NCBI GenBank assembly: GCA_036677065.1
Contig: JAKFBS010000003.1
Span: 32,001-96,000 of the forward strand
Direction of reading: 5' to 3'
Origin: Bdellovibrio sp.
GTDB lineage: Bacteria > Bdellovibrionota > Bdellovibrionia > Bdellovibrionales > Bdellovibrionaceae
DNA length: 64,000 bases
This document shows, one piece after another, positions 47,314 through 57,567 of this stretch (the first letter of the stretch is position 1; each line of letters opens with the position of its first letter). The position numbers and the translations under genes are program-made. Below the pieces are notes generated by a model. That model ran no database searches. It worked only from the letters and a program-made list of their open reading frames with translations, and had not been told where the DNA came from.

Positions 47314-49149
47314 ATGAAAATTACAAGTTTATTATTAGTATTATTCGTTAGTCTTCAAGCCTTAGCCATTCAAGAAATTGAAGTGGTTGTTGCCGATCAA
47401 AGTTTTAGTTCTTCAAGTAAAGTGGTTATCACTGAAAAAGAAATTAAAAAATCGCATGTAAATAATATTTCAACGTTACTTTCTTCAGAAGCTAACGTAG
47501 CTGTAGCCAGTTCAAATTTTACGCCGAATTCAATCTATATTCGCGGTGGCGATACCAGCCACGTTTTATTTTTAATTGATGGAATTCCGTTTTATGATCC
47601 ATCAACAATTCAGCGCACTGTGAATCTTTCGACATTAAATTTACGTGCGATTAAAAAAATTGAAATCATTAAAGGCTCGCAATCTGTTCTTTACGGCGGC
47701 CAAGCACTAGCTGGTGTTATTAAAATTGAAACTTTTCCAACAGATATTAAAACCACTTCTGCTTTTATGCTTCAAGGTGGTGAACGTTTTGCTGAAATCA
47801 ACTTAGCTCAACAAGTTAAATTAACTGACGCGCAGGGTTTTGCCGGCAATATCAAAGTTTCAGATGCGCATAATAAATCGCCGGCTAAGGGTTCTTCAAA
47901 AACTTACCCCCAGCGTTTAACTAATGTCGATCTAACTTATATTAACCGCGATTTATTTTCGCCTGAGTACGAAGTTTTATTAAAAGGCCAGTACACTGAC
48001 GATCAAAGCCAGATTTCAACTTACGATGGGCCAACTGGTGTGGCGTTTGATACTGAAAATTTCGATGCCCAAACTGAAGCTGTAAATACCGGTGTAGTTG
48101 TCCGTAAAAAAGATAGATTTTCATTGGCGTTTTCACAACAACAAACCGATCGTAAATTCGAACAAGATGCGATTTCTGGTGGCGGCACAGCAACAGATGA
48201 AGTTTACGAAGGTTTATTGCAAGTTATTCGTTTGGATGTAAAAGCTTTTGAATCTGAAAAGTTTAAAATCGACACAGGTGTAAGTTTTAACCACGAAGAA
48301 TTATTTTATAAATCAACAGGTGTAGTGGGTGCAGATTATTTTCAAGAGTACGAAGGTATTTTTGTAAAAGGCGCTTATAAAGTAACTGACAAGGTCGTGA
48401 CAGAAGCCGGTGTTCGCAAAGAGCTCAGCAAAATGAAATCTGTGGCTGATACTTATCAAGTGGGTTTTTCATACGGAGATAATCTAAAAGTTGAACACTC
48501 GACGGGATTTAAATCGCCATCGTTGTACCAACAATTTTTCTCAACACGCGGAAATCCTGATTTAAAACCAGAAAATGTAACAACAACAGCTGCAACGATT
48601 GAAAATCAATTAACCGAAAAAACGCGTGGGGCTTTAACCGTATTTTCTTCTGAATATGAAAATTTAATTATCCCGCAAGGATCACCAAGTAAATACCAAA
48701 ACGTGGCAAAAACTGAAACGACGGGTGCTGAAGCTTATTTAAATTATGTGAATGAAGAACAAGCCTTAAAAGTTCAATTATCATTCGGTTACCAAGAGCC
48801 AAAAGATCATTCGACAGGAACATGGCTTGTGCGCCGTGCTTTAAGAACCGCAGCCTTAAAAGCAAATTATGACGTGAATGATCAAGTTGCATTGGGCACT
48901 GAAATTATTCATACCGGAAGCCGCCGCGATCAGTATTTTACTTTTACGCCGCCGTTTACGTTTGCGACGTTAACTTCGACAATCCCAAGTTATACTGTGG
49001 TGCATATCGTGGGAAATTATCTAGTGCGTCCTGATTTAAATTTATTTGCCCGTGCCGAGAATATTCTTGGTCAAGAATACCAAACGACTTATGGTTATTA
49101 TGTAGATGGCCCGGTGGTTCGCGCTGGCTTAAATTACTCGATCGAATAA
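47314..49149 (+). CDS. TonB-dependent outer-membrane receptor (BtuB-like)
   Basis: Plug IYIRGG..SHVLFLIDG, IEIIKGSQSVLYG..ALAGVI; GFKSPSLYQ, GNPDLKPE; terminal beta-strand. Confidence 0.85.
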   Translation: MKITSLLLVLFVSLQALAIQEIEVVVADQSFSSSSKVVITEKEIKKSHVNNISTLLSSEANVAVASSNFTPNSIYIRGGDTSHVLFLIDGIPFYDPSTIQRTVNLSTLNLRAIKKIEIIKGSQSVLYGGQALAGVIKIETFPTDIKTTSAFMLQGGERFAEINLAQQVKLTDAQGFAGNIKVSDAHNKSPAKGSSKTYPQRLTNVDLTYINRDLFSPEYEVLLKGQYTDDQSQISTYDGPTGVAFDTENFDAQTEAVNTGVVVRKKDRFSLAFSQQQTDRKFEQDAISGGGTATDEVYEGLLQVIRLDVKAFESEKFKIDTGVSFNHEELFYKSTGVVGADYFQEYEGIFVKGAYKVTDKVVTEAGVRKELSKMKSVADTYQVGFSYGDNLKVEHSTGFKSPSLYQQFFSTRGNPDLKPENVTTTAATIENQLTEKTRGALTVFSSEYENLIIPQGSPSKYQNVAKTETTGAEAYLNYVNEEQALKVQLSFGYQEPKDHSTGTWLVRRALRTAALKANYDVNDQVALGTEIIHTGSRRDQYFTFTPPFTFATLTSTIPSYTVVHIVGNYLVRPDLNLFARAENILGQEYQTTYGYYVDGPVVRAGLNYSIE

Positions 49150-49157
49150 CTAGAGTT

Positions 49158-49206
49158 GTCTCATGTTGAGACGCAGGCTTAATAAAATCCAGGATTCTGC
49201 CGATAG
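49158..49206 (+). promoter_or_regulatory. GTCTCA-N3-TGAGAC palindrome and a candidate sigma28 (FliA) promoter
   Basis: Palindrome at 49158-49172; TAAT-N15-GCCGATAG at 49180-49206. Confidence 0.5.
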
Positions 49207-49214
49207 AGTCTTGT

Positions 49215-49601
49215 ATGAAAAAACAAAATACTTTTCGTTTAGGTGTGTTAGTTTTTGCGGTGATGGCTGTATCTGCCTGTTCGCCGTTTGGTAATCAATC
49301 ATTAATTCAAGATATCTCAAACGAGATAGGTGTTTTTATTCCGGGTAAAACAAGCACCAGCGTAATCTCGAGTGCTTCGTCGACCGGTACTGTTCAGTGC
49401 GGTAATGGTGGCGGTCAGATACCGTGTCCGAATGGTGAAGCTCCAGGAGCGCAACAGTACGCCGTAACTCACAGTGTGGGTGATACGTTTCAACAGGGTA
49501 GTTCGGCCTCTGGAACTCCTGCGACAGCGCAACAACCATTGGTTGGTGGCGTGCCATCAGGTTATACTGTGTTTTCAACGATTTCTGGCGAAGTTCAATA
49601 A
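49215..49601 (+). CDS. Small hypothetical lipoprotein
   Basis: Lipobox VSAC; Ser/Gly-rich. Confidence 0.7.
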   Translation: MKKQNTFRLGVLVFAVMAVSACSPFGNQSLIQDISNEIGVFIPGKTSTSVISSASSTGTVQCGNGGGQIPCPNGEAPGAQQYAVTHSVGDTFQQGSSASGTPATAQQPLVGGVPSGYTVFSTISGEVQ

Positions 49602-50309
49602 TCTTTTTATCAGATAGAGTGCGCTTACAAATAACAGCGCACTTAACCATTGCGAAATACTTAAATTCAGAATCAAAGCACCACGATCATCTTCGCGAAA
49701 AAATTCGATGACAAAACGATTGATCGAATGGCCACAAACCCAAGTTAAAAATACTAAGCCTGTCGGTAGACTTTTTCTTTTACTGATAAACATAATCGCT
49801 GCAATCAGAATTAATTCAGCTACAGCCATATATAGTTGGGTCGGGTGGCGGTTGGCGATCGCCCACGGCAATTCGCAGTGGCTACCATAACAGCAGCCTT
49901 CAAAAAAACAACCCACGCGCCCTAGGGCATAGCTTAACGCTAAGTACGGGGTTAAAAAATCAGCCCATACGTAGAAGTTTTGTTTTTTCGATTTTAAATA
50001 AGCCAGCACCGAAATTAAACTTAAAGCAAAGCCGCCATAAAAAACAAAGCCGCCCTTCCAAAATTTAAAAATCTCTAACGGAAATTCCTGATAAAAAGCC
50101 AACTCTTCATAAAGCACATGCACCAAGCGGCCGCCGATAAAGCCGGTGATCATGATGATCAGGGCCAAATCAAAGGTGATCTTACGGTCGATTTTAGAAT
50201 TTTGGTTAAGTTCAGCGTTAATCAGCAACAAGATAAAGGTCACTGATAACGAAATCACTAAATAGAATGTGGGAATTTGTATGAAACCAAAATCTAAGAT
50301 AGGTTTCAC
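49575..50309 (-). CDS. lgt: Prolipoprotein diacylglyceryl transferase
   Basis: GGRL.HV, GGFVFYGG, GRVGCF..GCCYG, HPTQLY, RF.IEFFR. Confidence 0.92.
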   Translation of the reverse strand: MKPILDFGFIQIPTFYLVISLSVTFILLLINAELNQNSKIDRKITFDLALIIMITGFIGGRLVHVLYEELAFYQEFPLEIFKFWKGGFVFYGGFALSLISVLAYLKSKKQNFYVWADFLTPYLALSYALGRVGCFFEGCCYGSHCELPWAIANRHPTQLYMAVAELILIAAIMFISKRKSLPTGLVFLTWVCGHSINRFVIEFFREDDRGALILNLSISQWLSALLFVSALYLIKRLLNFARNR

Positions 50310-50815
50310 GCTGTAGGTTTCGTTTCTTCAGTTTTTTGTTCTTTTTCAGTCATAATCAAATAAACCAGAGCACCGACACCACAAACAATCGCCATATCAG
50401 CGATATTGAATGCAGGCCAAGTTTGGCGGTTATAAAAATGAAAATCAATAAAATCGACCACATAACGGTACTGAATACGATCTAAGTAATTACCAATAGC
50501 GCCGCCAAAAATAAATGACAGCGCAATCATTTGCGAAGTCTGTTTTTCTTTTAAGCCCCAAATGATGTACAAAATCAGCGAACAGGCTAATGGTGGCATA
50601 GATAAGAAAAACACTTCGCGAAAAACCGCAGGTGTCTGTGCTAAAATTCCAAAAGCAGCGCCGAAATTTCTGACGTATGTGATATTAAAATAATTTTCAA
50701 TCACGACACGGCTTTCATGTAACTGAAACTTCGTGTGCACTAAAAGTTTAGTGAGCTGGTCAGCAGCAATCACTAAACTTGAAATCGTCATTAGGTAAAT
50801 TAGCTTTTGGCGCAT
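50306..50815 (-). CDS. lspA: Signal peptidase II
   Basis: DQLTK, NFGAAFG, GAIGNYLDR, VVDF, FNIAD. Confidence 0.95.
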   Translation of the reverse strand: MRQKLIYLMTISSLVIAADQLTKLLVHTKFQLHESRVVIENYFNITYVRNFGAAFGILAQTPAVFREVFFLSMPPLACSLILYIIWGLKEKQTSQMIALSFIFGGAIGNYLDRIQYRYVVDFIDFHFYNRQTWPAFNIADMAIVCGVGALVYLIMTEKEQKTEETKPTA

Positions 50816-50816
50816 G

Positions 50817-53588
50817 TTAAGTTAAAGCCTCAACACACTTAGGGCATAAGCCTTGTGTGCTTGCAGCAGTTGATAAAGTGTCATACACCCAACAACGTAA
50901 GCACTTCTCGCCATCAGCTTTAACCGCAGTTACAGCCAGAGGACCTTTTACTAAAGTCACATTAGATACAATAAAGAATTCACGTAAATTGCATTTTGCA
51001 TGTGAATTATTTAATTTTTCTAAGGCAGCAAAAGCTTCGCCATCAGCAGTCACTTTTAATGAAGCTTCTAAGCTGGCACCAATTGTTTTAGCTGTACGTA
51101 ATTCTTCTAATTTCTTTTGTGCTTCAGAACGAATTCTTAATAAATCATCAAACGTCACATCAAGATCAGGAGCACTCCATGAAGCATTAGCTTTTGGGAA
51201 TGATTCTAATAAAATCGAATCGTGCGCTTTGTTTTTAATGTAGCCATAACTTTCTTCAGCTAAGAATGTTAAAATCGGCGCCATCATACGCAACACAGAC
51301 GTTGTCACGTGATGATAAACTGTCTGTGTTGATCTGCGCTCAAGACCATCAGCTTTCCATGTGTACAGGCGATCTTTTAAAATATCCATGTATGTCGCAG
51401 ACAAGGTCACTGTAAAAAAGTGATTTAATAATTGGTAAACTTTGTAAAACTCATAACATTCGTAAGCTTTAGTTACTTCTGTGATTAACTTATTTAACTG
51501 ATGCATCATCCAACGATCAATCATTGGCATTTTTGCAACTTCGATTTGATCTTTTGAAGCATCAAAGTCATTGATTGCGCCTAATAAGAATCTCATCGTG
51601 TTTCTGATCTTACGGTAAGTCTCGGTAACTCTTGTAAGCTCTTCTTTACCGCAACCTACATCTGTTCCGTAATCTACAGACGATGCCCAAAGGCGTACGA
51701 TCTCAGAACCGGATTGTTTCGTGATTTCATTTGGATCAACCACGTTACCTAAAGATTTAGACATCTTACGGCCCTGAGAATCATTCACGAAACCGTGGGT
51801 GATTAAGGCTTTAAACGGAGGTTTGCCTGTTGTCGACATGCTTGAAAGCATTGACGTATTAAACCAACCACGATGTTGATCAGAACCTTCTAAGTAAATA
51901 TCAGCCTGAACATTTTTATAACCGCGTTTTGCCTGAACTGCTGCGTGACACACGCCAGAGTCAAACCACACATCTAAAATATCGCGGCCATGTTTGTAAC
52001 CAGGTTTACCCACGATTTTTTCTGCAGGTGTGTTATAAAATGCTTCGATACCGCCAGCTTCAACAACATCTGCAGCGCGCATCATCACATCAACATCAGC
52101 TAAAGGTTTACCAGTTTCTTCGTGATAAAAAATCGGGATTGGTACACCCCAGATTCTTTGACGAGACAAACACCAGTCGGGACGATTTTGCATCATCGCT
52201 TCAAAACGGGCTTTACCCCACTCAGGAAAAAACTGAACATCATTCATCGCTTTTAAAGTATTTTTTCTGATTTCAGAACCTTCTTGATCAATGCCGATAA
52301 ACCATTGCGCTGTCGTTCTAAAGATTAGCGGTGTTTTTGATCTCCAGCAGTGCGGGTAACTGTGCGTGATATCAGTGTGTTTAATTAAATGCCCTGAAGC
52401 TTTTAATTTTTCGATGATCACCGGATTGGCTTTAAAGATATTCATACCCTGCATTTCAGGAAAGTCTTCAGTGTAGGTTCCGTTTTCAGCAACCGGATTG
52501 ATAATCGGTAAATTATATTTCTGACCCACGCGAAAATCGTCTGCACCATGGCCTGGAGCTGTATGAACCGCACCAGTACCAGCATCAGCTGTAACGTGAT
52601 CAGCTAAGACTACAATAGATTTACGATCTAAGAACGGGTGACGAGCTTCAGTTAAATCTAAATCAGCGCCTTTAACCGTTGATACTTCAGTTAAAGAAAG
52701 ACCAGAGTCTTTTTCAAAAAATTCTTTTAATGATTTGGCGATCACTAAATTTTCACCATCGGTTGAAGCCGCGCCTTCGGCACGAGTTGAAAACACACCG
52801 TAATCAAATTCAGGATGTAGCGCGATACCCACGTTCGCAGGTAGCGTCCAAGGTGTTGTTGTCCAGATCACATATGATGTTGTGCCTTTTGGATTTCCAA
52901 GCTTAGCTAGAGTTCTATCATCAGTGATATTAAATTTTACATAGATCGAAGGGGATACTTTATCATGATATTCGATCTCGGCATCAGCAAGAGCTGTCTT
53001 CAAAGTCCAATTCCAGTAAACTGGTTTTACACCTTGATAGATCACGCCGCGTTTGAACGCGCGTGCGAATTCACGAACCTCTTCAGCTTCGTATTGTTTC
53101 GACATTGTCAGGTACGGGTTCTCCCAATCAGCTAACACACCTAATCTTTTGAACTGTTCGCGTTGGTGATTTACCCATTTATTAGCTTCTTCGCGACACA
53201 GCGCTAGAATTTCTTGATCAGTCTTTGTTATCTTTTTGTCTGACAGATCTTTCATGACCTTGTGCTCAATCGGAAGACCGTGGCAATCCCACCCAGGAAT
53301 AAACGGGGCAGAGTACCCTTGCATATTTTTATATTTAATCACGAAATCTTTTAAAGATTTATTCATCGCATGACCGATATGGATTGAACCATTCGCGTAC
53401 GGAGGGCCGTCAGGCATTGTAAAACCTGGGCCATTTTTATTTTTCTCCTGCAGCTTTTGATAAATATTATTTTTTTCCCAACCAGCAATAATCTGAGGTT
53501 CACGAATTGGTAAATCACCTTTCATCGGAAAGTCAGTTTGTGGTAAACGGATCGTGCTTTTGTAGTCGGGGCTATTTGAATTTTGCAT
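50817..53588 (-). CDS. ileS: Isoleucine-tRNA ligase (IleRS1 type)
   Basis: DGPPYANG.IHIGH, WTTTPWT, KMSKS, C-terminal zinc finger CLRCW..CPKC. Confidence 0.97.
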   Translation of the reverse strand: MQNSNSPDYKSTIRLPQTDFPMKGDLPIREPQIIAGWEKNNIYQKLQEKNKNGPGFTMPDGPPYANGSIHIGHAMNKSLKDFVIKYKNMQGYSAPFIPGWDCHGLPIEHKVMKDLSDKKITKTDQEILALCREEANKWVNHQREQFKRLGVLADWENPYLTMSKQYEAEEVREFARAFKRGVIYQGVKPVYWNWTLKTALADAEIEYHDKVSPSIYVKFNITDDRTLAKLGNPKGTTSYVIWTTTPWTLPANVGIALHPEFDYGVFSTRAEGAASTDGENLVIAKSLKEFFEKDSGLSLTEVSTVKGADLDLTEARHPFLDRKSIVVLADHVTADAGTGAVHTAPGHGADDFRVGQKYNLPIINPVAENGTYTEDFPEMQGMNIFKANPVIIEKLKASGHLIKHTDITHSYPHCWRSKTPLIFRTTAQWFIGIDQEGSEIRKNTLKAMNDVQFFPEWGKARFEAMMQNRPDWCLSRQRIWGVPIPIFYHEETGKPLADVDVMMRAADVVEAGGIEAFYNTPAEKIVGKPGYKHGRDILDVWFDSGVCHAAVQAKRGYKNVQADIYLEGSDQHRGWFNTSMLSSMSTTGKPPFKALITHGFVNDSQGRKMSKSLGNVVDPNEITKQSGSEIVRLWASSVDYGTDVGCGKEELTRVTETYRKIRNTMRFLLGAINDFDASKDQIEVAKMPMIDRWMMHQLNKLITEVTKAYECYEFYKVYQLLNHFFTVTLSATYMDILKDRLYTWKADGLERRSTQTVYHHVTTSVLRMMAPILTFLAEESYGYIKNKAHDSILLESFPKANASWSAPDLDVTFDDLLRIRSEAQKKLEELRTAKTIGASLEASLKVTADGEAFAALEKLNNSHAKCNLREFFIVSNVTLVKGPLAVTAVKADGEKCLRCWVYDTLSTAASTQGLCPKCVEALT

Positions 53589-53821
53589 CTGAAAAGTTTA
53601 GCACAACTGCCCCGGTGATAGTAGGGCTAGCTGGGCCTTTAAGTCGTTTTTTGCGCTGCACTGGCCCCGATCAACTTACCCCGACAATCTCAATATTCCT
53701 CACGGTAGGTTTTATTACGGGCGTTCAAAAAATAAATACATTCACAAAATCAGCAGTTTTTCTAAAATAGAAGGCCTCTGGAAAACAAACACGAACAAAA
53801 GAACATAAAAAAGGAGCTTTT

Positions 53822-54301
53822 ATGAAAAAACTGTTAGTCGCACTAGTGCTAATGATGTCGTCATCTGCATTTGCCGCCGTAGTCCCCATGGAACTGAACG
53901 AGGCTGATTCAAAAGACATGTATATGGCCCTGTCAAAATGGGGAACCCGTTATGCTGATCAAGAAAGACGTCTTATCCGTATTGATGTGATCGACCCCCG
54001 TTGTTACTGGGACAACAAAGATCAATACAAATATCCACGCTGTACTTTATTAGACACAAATCATGATAAAGAACTTACTCGCTCAGACAAAGCGGCCGGC
54101 TGGTTAGCAAAACTATTAGACCGCCATGTGGGAACAATTTGTGGACCAAACAATTTAGAAAACAGAGAATGCTTAACTGCAGCTCGTTTAATCCGTTGTT
54201 GGCATCCGTGGGATCCTAAAAATCCGCCAGTTCTTATTCCAATCGGAAGACGTCATATCTGTTGGCTTGAGCCGATTCGTACACCAATTCCAACGAATTA
54301 A
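53822..54301 (+). CDS. Secreted Cys-rich hypothetical protein (paralog 1)
   Basis: Signal peptide; ELNEADSK motif; AAGGAG RBS. Confidence 0.8.
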   Translation: MKKLLVALVLMMSSSAFAAVVPMELNEADSKDMYMALSKWGTRYADQERRLIRIDVIDPRCYWDNKDQYKYPRCTLLDTNHDKELTRSDKAAGWLAKLLDRHVGTICGPNNLENRECLTAARLIRCWHPWDPKNPPVLIPIGRRHICWLEPIRTPIPTN

Positions 54302-54321
54302 TTTTTACCTTAGGATTCAAC

Positions 54322-54834
54322 ATGAAAAAGAACATTCTGCGCAGCTTTCTTACGCTACTTATCACCGGTCAATTTTATTTTAACTCTGCTCGGGCCCAAG
54401 AATTACCCACTGATCCGGTGATTCCGCCAGAGCCTGAATTGGTAAAAACTGAACTCAACGAAGCCGATTCTAAAGAGCTGTTTGATGTGCTTAACAAATG
54501 GAAACTTGTTGTTATAGACCGTCAGACACAAACTAAGAATATTCAGGCTTCAGATGTGATTTGTGTCGAAAATATGGAAGATGGCCGCAAGCTCGGGTGT
54601 TCATTGTATGACGACCTTCGCTCGCGTGAACTAACGAAATATAATAAGATCGCTGATCCGCTTTTCAAGCTAATGGTTAAGCATGTAGCTATGGATTGTG
54701 AAGATGACAGTGAAACTTGTATGAACGCCGCAGAAAAAATGGCCTGTTCGTTAGCTGCTAATAAATATTCTTGTTCTGTTGAATACCTTTTATCACAACC
54801 GAAACCAAAACCTAAAAACGGAGATCGAAAATGA
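54322..54834 (+). CDS. Secreted Cys-rich hypothetical protein (paralog 2)
   Basis: Signal peptide; ELNEADSKELF; shared Cys spacing. Confidence 0.8.
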   Translation: MKKNILRSFLTLLITGQFYFNSARAQELPTDPVIPPEPELVKTELNEADSKELFDVLNKWKLVVIDRQTQTKNIQASDVICVENMEDGRKLGCSLYDDLRSRELTKYNKIADPLFKLMVKHVAMDCEDDSETCMNAAEKMACSLAANKYSCSVEYLLSQPKPKPKNGDRK

Positions 54835-55271
54835 AATCACTACTAGTAAGTTTGTTACTTTTCGCTTTTGCGCAAGTAGCGCAAGCTGTTCCAGTTGCCT
54901 TAAATGAAGGGCAATCAAAAAAATTATACAATGTCTTAGCCGCATACGGCTTACGCACAGCTTTTCCGGCAGAAATGCAAACGCGTGAATGGGCAAAACC
55001 AGTGCTCTGTCAAAGAGCCGTGAATGGTGGAGTTAATTACACTTGCCTGCTGCACGACGAATTTCATAACGTGAATGTACAAAAAACCGGTATGGTCGCG
55101 AAAAAATTGTACTACTTTTTAAAAGACGTTAATGGAGCTGTCTGTGAAGGGGCGAAATGTTTTACCCGTACCGCGGATATCAAATGCATTTATTGGTGGC
55201 CGAATAAAGATAATCCGCCAGAAAGACGTTATCTTTGCGCCATTGATAAATTCGTACCTGAGCCAAATTAA
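54831..55271 (+). CDS. Secreted Cys-rich hypothetical protein (paralog 3)
   Basis: Signal peptide; ALNEGQSKKLY; W..KDNPP..RYLC tail like paralog 1. Confidence 0.8.
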   Translation: MKSLLVSLLLFAFAQVAQAVPVALNEGQSKKLYNVLAAYGLRTAFPAEMQTREWAKPVLCQRAVNGGVNYTCLLHDEFHNVNVQKTGMVAKKLYYFLKDVNGAVCEGAKCFTRTADIKCIYWWPNKDNPPERRYLCAIDKFVPEPN

Positions 55272-55355
55272 ATTTTCAGAAATTATAAAAAATTTTATAC
55301 AGCAGGTGCGCGATCAAAATTTTTGTGCACTTGCTGTAATGTAAGAATTGAAAAA

Positions 55356-55901
55356 TTATAAACCAGCTTTACGGAATTGTTTAATTCCTAAAGCAACTAA
55401 AGCGCGGATTGCTTCAGCATCAGAACTTAAGTTAAAAGTTTCACGCACTTGTTGAATAGCTTCTAAAGTTTTTTGATCAAAACCATTTGCATTCATATCA
55501 GTTGATACACGCGACTGACTAACAGTCGTCGTTGTCACATGCGAAGTAGAAACCGCTGCTGCGGTAGCTGTCGCGTTGGTTTGCGAGGCATGCGAATGGA
55601 TTGTTGGCGCATGTTTGTGTGCTGGGGCGTGCATATGCGAAGCCGCTGTAGCTAACTGCTGCGGCGATTGAAAATCACCCATCATGTTGGCTAACGATTT
55701 TAATTCTTGTTTGAAATTCTGAATGCTTGGAGTTTCAAGAACTGCATCCCCATTGCGTTGCGCTTTTAGATAAAGGCTGACCAACATATTTTGATCTTGC
55801 GCCATTTCTTTAACAGATGGCGATTGCGACAACAGCCACGAATACGCTTTCTGCAAAGTATCTTTAGTATAAGCTTGAGGAGGCAACGGGTTAACTTGCA
55901 T
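55356..55901 (-). CDS. Hypothetical protein with a His/Thr/Ala-rich linker and a helical C-terminus
   Basis: Clean ORF downstream of the response regulator; HMHAPAHKHAPTIHSH linker. Confidence 0.75.
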   Translation of the reverse strand: MQVNPLPPQAYTKDTLQKAYSWLLSQSPSVKEMAQDQNMLVSLYLKAQRNGDAVLETPSIQNFKQELKSLANMMGDFQSPQQLATAASHMHAPAHKHAPTIHSHASQTNATATAAAVSTSHVTTTTVSQSRVSTDMNANGFDQKTLEAIQQVRETFNLSSDAEAIRALVALGIKQFRKAGL

Positions 55902-55995
55902 AGGGACTCAACGGTAAAGTTTCCCTATATTCGAGTCAATCGTAATACCACGTTACCGAATGCAAAATTTTATGTAAGAAAATGCAGTTTAATTA

Positions 55996-57567
55996 TTAAT
56001 CAAGATCAACTTTTGCATATTCTTTCGCCACGATTCCGTACTTCTCAATTTTACGTAATAAAGTCTTTTTCGGAATGTTTGCGTGCAATGCGGTTTGATT
56101 AATTTTGCCTTTAAATGTTTTCAAGGCCTTGATAATAAACTGTTTTTCGAACTCTTCTTTTTGAGCATTGAAATCAAGTAAGCCATTTGGTGAAACACTT
56201 AGGCCAATCACTTCGCCGTCAATTTCATCATCGCCATCGATTTCAGAATCTGCGTCAATAGATAAATCATCGTCTTCGTCAGAATCTGTCACGCCCATGT
56301 TTACAGCAGTTGCGCCGTTCATTTGCTTCATAGTTTCTGATTGACTCTGAATCTTATCCATTTGGTCGATTAAACTGATTCCAGCAGCCATCAAAACCGC
56401 TTCAGGTAAGCTTCCTAAAGTAATTTGATTTCCTGACTCAAGAACGAAAGAATGTTCAATGACGTTCTCTAATTCACGAATATTTCCTGGCCAGTTATAA
56501 CGTTTCATTGCATCGAGTGCATCTTTCGTTAAGCCATTAATTTTTTTACCGTGAGCTACGTTAAATTTTTTGATGAAGATATTAATTAAAACATCTAAAT
56601 CATCTTTGCGGTCATTTAACTGAGGTAAAATAATAGGTACAACATTTAAACGATAGAATAAGTCCTCACGAAAGCGGCCATCTTCCATCATTTTTTCTAA
56701 CGGGCGGTTGGTAGCAGCAATAATTCTTACGTTGGTTGGAATCTCACGGTTTGATCCAACCGGAGTAAATACTTTTTCTTGTAATACACGCAAGATTTTA
56801 ACTTGCATCAACTGTGGCATGTCGCCAACTTCATCTAAAAATAAAGTTCCACCTTCAGCAAATTGAAACTTTCCGATTTTACGTTGGTCGGCACCAGTGA
56901 AAGAACCTTTTTCGTGACCAAATAATTCAGATTCAAATAGGTTTTCTGGAATCGCCGAACAGTTGATCGCAACAAATTTTTCATCTTTGCGGGCGCTGTT
57001 AAAATGGATAGCTTTTGCTACTAACTCTTTACCTGTTCCAGATGCTCCGCGCACTAATACCGGTGTATCAACTTTTGCAAGCTTATGGATCACGTTAAAA
57101 ACTTTTTGCATTTGCGAAGTGTTACCGATGATTTTACGGCCTTCATCAACAAACACTGGCGAAGATACAGCTAAGTTAGAAATCATTCGGTGAGCGTTAA
57201 TGGCTCTGTCGATTAATGCTGTAAGATCATCACCCGAGATTGGTTTAGATAAGAAGTTGTAAGCTCCGTCTTTAACGGCTGCTACAGCGGCTTCTACGGT
57301 CGCATGTGCAGTTAACATTAAGACGATAATGCCTGGATCGAATTCTTTAATCGCTTTCAGAGCAGCTAAGCCATTCATGCGAGGCATATCCACATCCAAA
57401 ATGACGATGTCATAGATACGTTTAGAGCTATCAGTAGCTTTGACTTTTTCTAAAGCGTTTACGCCGTCGAAAGCCTCTTCAATAGAGAATCTGCGAGTAG
57501 CTTCTAAGGCAGAGCGGATCGAAAAGCGTAGAGCTTGGTCGTCATCAACAACTAAAACCTTTAACAT
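55996..57567 (-). CDS. NtrC-family sigma54-dependent response regulator (REC-AAA+-HTH)
   Basis: VVDDD..LDVDMP, GASGTGKE, ESELFGHEKGSFTGA, LFLDEVG, FREDLFYRLNV, WPGNIRELEN, Fis-type HTH. Confidence 0.95.
   Translation of the reverse strand: MLKVLVVDDDQALRFSIRSALEATRRFSIEEAFDGVNALEKVKATDSSKRIYDIVILDVDMPRMNGLAALKAIKEFDPGIIVLMLTAHATVEAAVAAVKDGAYNFLSKPISGDDLTALIDRAINAHRMISNLAVSSPVFVDEGRKIIGNTSQMQKVFNVIHKLAKVDTPVLVRGASGTGKELVAKAIHFNSARKDEKFVAINCSAIPENLFESELFGHEKGSFTGADQRKIGKFQFAEGGTLFLDEVGDMPQLMQVKILRVLQEKVFTPVGSNREIPTNVRIIAATNRPLEKMMEDGRFREDLFYRLNVVPIILPQLNDRKDDLDVLINIFIKKFNVAHGKKINGLTKDALDAMKRYNWPGNIRELENVIEHSFVLESGNQITLGSLPEAVLMAAGISLIDQMDKIQSQSETMKQMNGATAVNMGVTDSDEDDDLSIDADSEIDGDDEIDGEVIGLSVSPNGLLDFNAQKEEFEKQFIIKALKTFKGKINQTALHANIPKKTLLRKIEKYGIVAKEYAKVDLD

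Noticed and set aside
53589..53720. T-box leader before ileS
   Set aside because: No T-box consensus or terminator recognisable.
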